Part shown: positions 58,401 through 64,000 of the stretch, in pieces
Layout: every line of letters begins with the position of its first letter
How positions within the stretch are numbered: position 1 is the stretch's first letter
Sequence record: LT603033.1
Direction: 5' to 3' (one strand)
Length of the DNA: 64,000 bases
Program-made: the position numbers and the translations under genes
Notes under the pieces: generated by a model
The model's input: only the letters and a program-made list of their open reading frames with translations
Told to the model about the DNA's origin: nothing
Databases searched by the model: none

Positions 58401-61400
58401 CATTATCATTATGAACACTATAATCTGCGTAAAGCATATCATTGAGTTCAACTGTACTGTTTTCACGACCAATCGCTTTCCAATAAATTGAATCGCGTGA
58501 TTGTGATTTAATATACAATGTCCAAATGTTTTCACTATCGGTAACTCTGATAATATCGCCAACTTGGTAGTTTTTAGTATTAGCATCTTCTAAGCTTGAC
58601 TCTTGAGTATAAGTCGTGTTACTATCATATCCAACATCATACCAATCAGCATATGACCAGTACTGAGTCATGTCTAATGAAGTTCCTAGTGATTCAACAT
58701 AATCAGATTGTTTAATCATTTTATGTTGTCCCTCACCTTTGTTCTCTAACGTTATAGTAACAACACTACCCGCGTTTGCTGGACTATTCATTAACTGAAT
58801 ATATCCATTTTCGTCGAAGTGAATAAAATAAACAGCACTAGAAGTTAATGGATTTGGTAGATATCCACTAGTACTTAAAATAACAGCGTCATTTTCTTTA
58901 AATTTATCACTTTCAACTGCAATAACTAATTCATTATTGTAAGACAAGACACGGAAAGAAACTTCATTAGGGTTAACTTCAGTGGTTTTAACATTAAACA
59001 CATCTTCCATAACAACACTATTAGTGGTTATGTTTTGTGATCTATAATAATTATTAGCACTTTCTACAAAGTTTCTACGAGCTTCTATAACATTTTGGAA
59101 CCAAGTTTTGTTTGATCCTAAACCGTTATCAACATCTGGATATAATAAATTAATCACAGAACCTGATTCAGTAGTTTCTTGTCCAATTAAAGAATTCCAC
59201 ATTGAATCCCAAATTAGAGGGTTAAAGTTATAACTATCACCTTCCTTGCATAGTTGGTACTGATCATGTTTAACAACTTCAGTATTATCCATGTAATAAG
59301 AAATTGTCAAAATACTAGTATCATCATTAACTTTAAACTGCATATTACTAAGAATAAACGAGTTTTCATTGATTGGTGCAAACCAAGGAATGTTTAACTG
59401 TGATGGATCTTTAATAATACGAGCAATATCAGTACATGATTTTGTTCTGGTATGTAGTGGTGGTACATAAATGGTATCACGTACCCAGAAGTAGTATTTT
59501 GTAACATAAGTATCAGTTGAGCTATCATATTCCAAAAATGTACTATAGTTATCTTCAAGAGCGGTTCCGCTTGGTAGATACATAGTATTATTTTTGTTTT
59601 TCTTAGCAACGTCTTTACAATACTTATCCCAATTATATGGCTCTACTGGAGAACAAACCCATTCCAACACATCAATGGTACTATGTGGTAATAAACGACC
59701 CCAGTTATAACGTTTGTATTCATTAGTTGCATCAATATCAACGTTTCCGTCTGCATCATAAATTGCACGTGTATAATCCAAATAAAATGCAGTACTTGTA
59801 TTCCACCATACTTGACCAACTTTATCAGCACCCCAAGCCTGAATTAATTCACCATTGCTATTATATTGTGCTGGGTCTATTGGTGACGTATAAGTTACGT
59901 TTTGCATTGCTGCACCAGGAATAACCCCATTGATAGGGTCATACACATTTAGATATAATGCAGTAATGTTAGTACGTTCATCATATGTAGTTGGACGGTC
60001 AAAAAAAGTACTTTGTGGTGCTTTGTAACTATACTTTTTGTCAATATATGCTTGACGCTCTTCTGCACTGGCAAAACGTGATACATAACGATACAAACGT
60101 GGACGTGTATCTGGATCAGTAAATTCAATATCAATAGAAGTGTCAAATGGAACTACCATAACTTTAGGATCAGAACCAGCAGTATAATATTGACTTTCTA
60201 CTGTTAAAGTATCTGGCATAAAGTTAGTTTCATCAACAAAATAATAATAATCACCATCTTCAAGTGGTACATTATCAGTTAAAGTTACTTTACAAAATTG
60301 TTCAGCATACACATCGGTATTTTCAATAGGTGTTATAGAAACCATTTGTACATTAGTATCAACTAATTCAAAAATATTCCATAAACCATTTCCGTCTTTA
60401 AACATCCAAACAGATTCAGGGTTTTCACCTTTACCATTAGTGTAAGTTATACGGTCATTATATGCAGTACTGAAATCTTTTGTAGTGTAAGATACTTCAT
60501 CCAATGTTACTGGACCAATATCTGGAAGTTGAATGTTTTCACTTCTTCCACTACGCATCGGGAATGAGAACTTACCATTTGGACGTGTAATCCAACGAGG
60601 ATCTTTACCTTGTTCGCCGAAGTATACAATATTGTTTCCATTTCCATTTGAAGTAGCGTTTACATCAAAAGATACCATTTGTGGTTGTTGTTTAAATTGG
60701 TCATTGATTAGTTTAAATTGAAGGTTTTTCTTACCATCAATATTACCATATGTACCAATTTTAAATGCCCATTCTTGTAATGCTTTATATTCATCAGTGT
60801 CATATGATTTAGAAACACGAAGTACACGTTCTAAAACTTGGTTAGTACCTTTATCGTGAATGAATCCTTTATAGAAATCAACACGACTAACATCACTACT
60901 AATCATACGCTGTAGATAATCACGAGATTGATAACCAATCAAATGGTTTGACAACTCTTGTAATTGTACATCACTTACTGGAGTTTCACTATCATAATAA
61001 TGTTGGAAATCCGACACTAATTTTTCAAATGATGGTAGTGTTCCAGCTTCCAAGATAATAAATCCAGGAGCTTGTAGGCGACCAGTCCATGAACCAGTAA
61101 TATATCCATACATTTTAATTAGTTCTTGAATAGAACCATATGTTGGCTGATAAATGTAATCACCAAAAATAGTTTTATCATCAAAAATAACAGCATGTTC
61201 ATATGAACACAAACTTAAACGAATCAATGCAATGCGTTTATTAGATTCTAAAGTTCTAACAGTGAAGATATTTCCAATACGAGAAGTTTCAATTTCATAT
61301 TGGCGAATACCTTGGTTATTATCATCAAGTAATGACCATACACCACCATTATTTTGCGTAATAGATTGTACTGAACCAAAGTCTGCCCCAAATTTAGCGT

Positions 61401-64000
61401 TTGCAGAACTTGGGGTACAAGAAATAAATTCACCAGTTACTAGAGAATTCTGACTCCAGATCACGAAATCTTTAGCAATAGTGTTCCAATCTTGTTGAGC
61501 ACCACTATCATTTACATCTTCAAAAATCCAACCATGTTCTTTAAGATATTCACCATATCCACAAATAAAAGTATAAACTTCTTGGTAACTATTGAAAACT
61601 TTACCATATTCAATTGAAGCTTCAGACTTCCATTCATTATAATGAACAACATTACGGTTTTCCAATTTAAGAGTTACTTTTCTACCATTTTTTACGGGAA
61701 GTTTATATTTAAATTTAGCACCAACTAGATCATATCCATCAATCTGATATGCACTACCATTCCAAGTAATTTTGATCGCACTCATTTGCTCATCACGGAT
61801 ATTATTAGAACGAACAAGACCAATGGTTTGGTTTTCTTGTGAAATAAGACCGAAAGATTTAGCATTGAATGTTAGCTGATCTGCTTTAGTAAATCCTCCA
61901 ATTTTATGACCAACATTTATATAAGAAGAACGAACTACATCCCCATACTTGGTGGTAATATTTTTATTTTGATACATCAAATGGTCACTTACAAACATTT
62001 GATAACCAATGGTTCTTGTGCTATTTTCACCATGAACTACTGTATTTTTATCAAAATTAATACGCTTACGTGTATCACCATAAAGGAATTGTGAACCATC
62101 AGTGAATACTTCTTTTAAGTTATCATTGCGGGTATCCCAGAAATAGTTAGCAAATTGTGCTGGTTTAGCTTTATACAAAAGCATCATTTGGTCATATGCA
62201 AACAATGTAGTGTTCATGTATGTAAATTCCATGTCACCCATATCACCATATGTCCAAGGTTCTGCTCTATGATTTAAAGATCCAGACACTAAACCTAAAA
62301 TTTCAGGTGCAATATATTCAACCACACAAATATCAATACCAGAAGATGTTTTATTTCCAGTTTTTGTAATTTTGAATGGCTGTACACCAAATCTTTTATA
62401 TTTGTCATATTGACCACGACGATCACCAAATAAAATAGTTCCAGTACTGCTATCGCCAATAGTTCCGTCAATATCCCAAAGACCACTAGGAACTAAATCA
62501 CCTTGCTCATTCATAACAAGTGCTTCATATACATATACAACATCACTATCACGTTCACCAACTTGAACAGCCGTTGGTTCGTATTCTTGGTTCCACCAAG
62601 TTGGACGTTGTGTAAAGCCAAACATTTCCCACGGATGGGTAGCTGGGCGATATGTACCATATTGGTCAGTGTAAATGGCACGCCATGAACCACGTGCAGG
62701 AATTTCAGTACTTTGACCATTAACTACATAATAAGTGCCAGTATAGTTCCAAGTTCTCCAATTGTTAGGATCATAATCATGTGTACTATTACTGATACCA
62801 TTAGTTGCGGTGAAGTTAATGTATCCACGTAGTAATAATGTTTGTTTCTCTTCAGCACTATATTCAGTTTTAGTGAAATATGGTGTAGGGAAAAGGTCAT
62901 CACTATTCAATACTGGTACGTAATCAACATCTTTGAATTTATTATCAATACTATTAAAAATTCTATTTTCTAATTCATATACAACATCATCCATTTTATC
63001 AACACCATTGATAACACGGTATGCTTTGGAAATAATACCAGTATGACTGATGTTATAACAGCTTGGTTTACTACCAGCAGTGAGGAATGTCGCTTTTTCT
63101 GGTACATATGCTTGAAGAATACCTAAGAACTGTGGTGTTGGTGGTATAAATGCACGAATGAATCCAGAAGTACTTCCAACATTATCATAATAGAATGGGA
63201 ATGAACTATCACGTCCCATATTAATAGTAGTTAAAATTGCATCAACAATGTTTGCAGCACTATTTTGTAAAAAGTCTGATGGATTTTCATCATACATACG
63301 AAGCATTTGTGTATTAAATTTATTAATGAATCTAAAATATTCAGATTGCATAAACATAGTTGCTTCAAACAAATCAATATCTTCATTTGCAGTATGTGCC
63401 ATCAATGGAAGCATAGATGCTTCATTTTGGATAATTTTAGTACCTACGCCATTATTAACCAATCCTTTAGCCAAACGTTCTTCATAGTCATTGAAATCAT
63501 CAGAAGAACCACGTGTAATGTTCTTTTGAATAATATCCTGAAAATGTAAAGTGTAGTCACCTTGGTTAATGTATATAATATTAGAATTATATGGGTTATT
63601 TTGTAGGTTGATTGGAACTTCATATGCACCTAATTCTTTATTAGGAGTTACAGTACTGCTATAAGTTCTAATTTGAATAACAGAATCTTCATCCAATTCT
63701 ACAGTACTATCTAGAGTGATGCTTTGTACTTGACCTTTTGAAACATTTTTGGTATATTTGGACACATCAACACCATCAACCACAACTTCAATAATATCAG
63801 AATCATTATCTAAAACTTTTTGTGCCAATTCGAATGTATGGTCATATTTTACAATCTGAACACCATCACCAGTAATTGGATGCCAATCTAGATAAGTTTC
63901 ACGGTCAGCTTTATAGTACTGATATGTTCTATCAACTTCAATAACATATGCATACATACCATCAACTGGTTCTTTAAAAACTTCCATATCATAAACAGTA
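55456..64000 (-). CDS. Giant (>2843 aa) virion structural protein, probably baseplate wedge-type; 5' end is outside the window
   Basis: Frame stays open to the window edge (T-V-Y-D before the track ATG at 63987). W/Y/D/N-rich structural composition. Confidence 0.75.
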   Translation of the reverse strand, partial: TVYDMEVFKEPVDGMYAYVIEVDRTYQYYKADRETYLDWHPITGDGVQIVKYDHTFELAQKVLDNDSDIIEVVVDGVDVSKYTKNVSKGQVQSITLDSTVELDEDSVIQIRTYSSTVTPNKELGAYEVPINLQNNPYNSNIIYINQGDYTLHFQDIIQKNITRGSSDDFNDYEERLAKGLVNNGVGTKIIQNEASMLPLMAHTANEDIDLFEATMFMQSEYFRFINKFNTQMLRMYDENPSDFLQNSAANIVDAILTTINMGRDSSFPFYYDNVGSTSGFIRAFIPPTPQFLGILQAYVPEKATFLTAGSKPSCYNISHTGIISKAYRVINGVDKMDDVVYELENRIFNSIDNKFKDVDYVPVLNSDDLFPTPYFTKTEYSAEEKQTLLLRGYINFTATNGISNSTHDYDPNNWRTWNYTGTYYVVNGQSTEIPARGSWRAIYTDQYGTYRPATHPWEMFGFTQRPTWWNQEYEPTAVQVGERDSDVVYVYEALVMNEQGDLVPSGLWDIDGTIGDSSTGTILFGDRRGQYDKYKRFGVQPFKITKTGNKTSSGIDICVVEYIAPEILGLVSGSLNHRAEPWTYGDMGDMEFTYMNTTLFAYDQMMLLYKAKPAQFANYFWDTRNDNLKEVFTDGSQFLYGDTRKRINFDKNTVVHGENSTRTIGYQMFVSDHLMYQNKNITTKYGDVVRSSYINVGHKIGGFTKADQLTFNAKSFGLISQENQTIGLVRSNNIRDEQMSAIKITWNGSAYQIDGYDLVGAKFKYKLPVKNGRKVTLKLENRNVVHYNEWKSEASIEYGKVFNSYQEVYTFICGYGEYLKEHGWIFEDVNDSGAQQDWNTIAKDFVIWSQNSLVTGEFISCTPSSANAKFGADFGSVQSITQNNGGVWSLLDDNNQGIRQYEIETSRIGNIFTVRTLESNKRIALIRLSLCSYEHAVIFDDKTIFGDYIYQPTYGSIQELIKMYGYITGSWTGRLQAPGFIILEAGTLPSFEKLVSDFQHYYDSETPVSDVQLQELSNHLIGYQSRDYLQRMISSDVSRVDFYKGFIHDKGTNQVLERVLRVSKSYDTDEYKALQEWAFKIGTYGNIDGKKNLQFKLINDQFKQQPQMVSFDVNATSNGNGNNIVYFGEQGKDPRWITRPNGKFSFPMRSGRSENIQLPDIGPVTLDEVSYTTKDFSTAYNDRITYTNGKGENPESVWMFKDGNGLWNIFELVDTNVQMVSITPIENTDVYAEQFCKVTLTDNVPLEDGDYYYFVDETNFMPDTLTVESQYYTAGSDPKVMVVPFDTSIDIEFTDPDTRPRLYRYVSRFASAEERQAYIDKKYSYKAPQSTFFDRPTTYDERTNITALYLNVYDPINGVIPGAAMQNVTYTSPIDPAQYNSNGELIQAWGADKVGQVWWNTSTAFYLDYTRAIYDADGNVDIDATNEYKRYNWGRLLPHSTIDVLEWVCSPVEPYNWDKYCKDVAKKNKNNTMYLPSGTALEDNYSTFLEYDSSTDTYVTKYYFWVRDTIYVPPLHTRTKSCTDIARIIKDPSQLNIPWFAPINENSFILSNMQFKVNDDTSILTISYYMDNTEVVKHDQYQLCKEGDSYNFNPLIWDSMWNSLIGQETTESGSVINLLYPDVDNGLGSNKTWFQNVIEARRNFVESANNYYRSQNITTNSVVMEDVFNVKTTEVNPNEVSFRVLSYNNELVIAVESDKFKENDAVILSTSGYLPNPLTSSAVYFIHFDENGYIQLMNSPANAGSVVTITLENKGEGQHKMIKQSDYVESLGTSLDMTQYWSYADWYDVGYDSNTTYTQESSLEDANTKNYQVGDIIRVTDSENIWTLYIKSQSRDSIYWKAIGRENSTVELNDMLYADYSVHNDNGSLSNREINVRKALALLKNSFDLHQSEIVFDMVKYVHVEQSVVDWVFKTSYIYIVGLEQSLVQNYSNDNLINQIVEYFEEVKPYRTKIRSQIEQKTSDDDLIKGLCNDLDPNGYIFVDGSWIKTEKDIWDYEYAQFNEITQKWEQVGSLPSDFVTPNRRFQEIDIIMHYDNIQCKPNEDLASINELVSVNNKYQSNEKDAVSNYELQRYIYSFPEYSEETFDLLIAYQMQIYYPELDVTLGTAYGVNQWYKDHAEDLEATDEFTATLERVYKESTHNDMFTDLRQYVQYNTLANRLKLYKDISDEKIHDEVGCGFSGLTYNDNPSTRLPLGFSSSNDYNYGYFEISSELYQKYISLIKDKNPDASDYEVKVKLEVEYGVYVYRYDEVGGDTRFYTDAIHVLAGMRGLFDKDATDKYEKAEEILSKTPIDIYAITMIPRKYVYLNVNGVYQSIPDEQSIDDFMEDYFITNGEMVELAEINLDDLPLDQNNPMYSDYQYILDSITEAKYFNDMNAFDNLALESQTSSIKWEVKDDEVDPYIVDISDINPSGRDVGQIRFTVDGYGFDNVSLVQLRDNSRYQTEGMAIINPYKHTEAIVSIPSYAKIENDINKTTSKFDEKYFYRVRSINSLTEAEIVDNDLSDGDKVMIFTPDGEDFVRYQNHTWETILRVSNIKNNTTPILFTVRNTGKETIELIDESTGAVLRYDNITLAQQNEPVQPLALNIVRVRTFADPEFVKNGIKLYEQNRNYTIDVINYDVFYDTTLNGGKYNDGITPDDVDVWIISNEIFDVDGITIDNGYNLPITGAGVLSELARTKMTDSLEINVIEYDSSVIQPFRNNEGIWVYGFPMVDGMYIGVVGGTVTNITTISEENTTYVSQPKSISPYSIRNNVLSGSAANMNDIISIGYEKVEVRNANNLLRGVMYSAEHDFKLNTTYSFNGINLGNYDMLKRYTQNSYTIDLSVYTDSLQVSGNDIKNILLVK

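Overview
A 64 kb segment of a very AT-rich (about 33% GC by eye) jumbo myovirus genome with divergent T4-type morphogenesis genes. The two-component spanins and a WcaM-like colanic-acid tailspike point to an enterobacterial host. The gene content resembles RaK2/GAP32/PBECO4-type jumbo phages, but this is an inference and no search was run. Layout: (1) 1-15800 (+), accessory region: spanins, HNH, a ~690-nt gene-free structured region, Dps-like protein, 2H phosphoesterase, LysM-lysozyme, HPF, CCA-adding enzyme, NudE, glutaredoxin, macrodomain, PTH2-like protein, many hypotheticals. (2) 15851-28876 (+): neck, dNMP kinase, sheath, tube paralogs, gp4, acidic head-internal candidates. (3) 29190-34554 (+): MoxR-type AAA plus vWA-metallopeptidase, SLOG protein, thymidylate synthase. 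(4) 34589-47340 (-): fibre/tailspike cassette. (5) 47451-64000: structural genes, NUDIX, gp15/gp14-like, ClpA, and a >2840-aa structural protein cut by the window edge. Three signals are not explained by the gene list. First, a promoter- and terminator-bounded ~510-nt ORF-less, hairpin-dense candidate ncRNA at ~1999-2515. Second, a HIP1-like, strongly over-represented palindrome AGTACT/CAGTACTG across the whole window. Third, three +1 frame breaks that all fall on an in-frame CGG codon, which I did not find elsewhere in the genuine genes; this could be recoding or a systematic sequencing error. All counts were made by eye.
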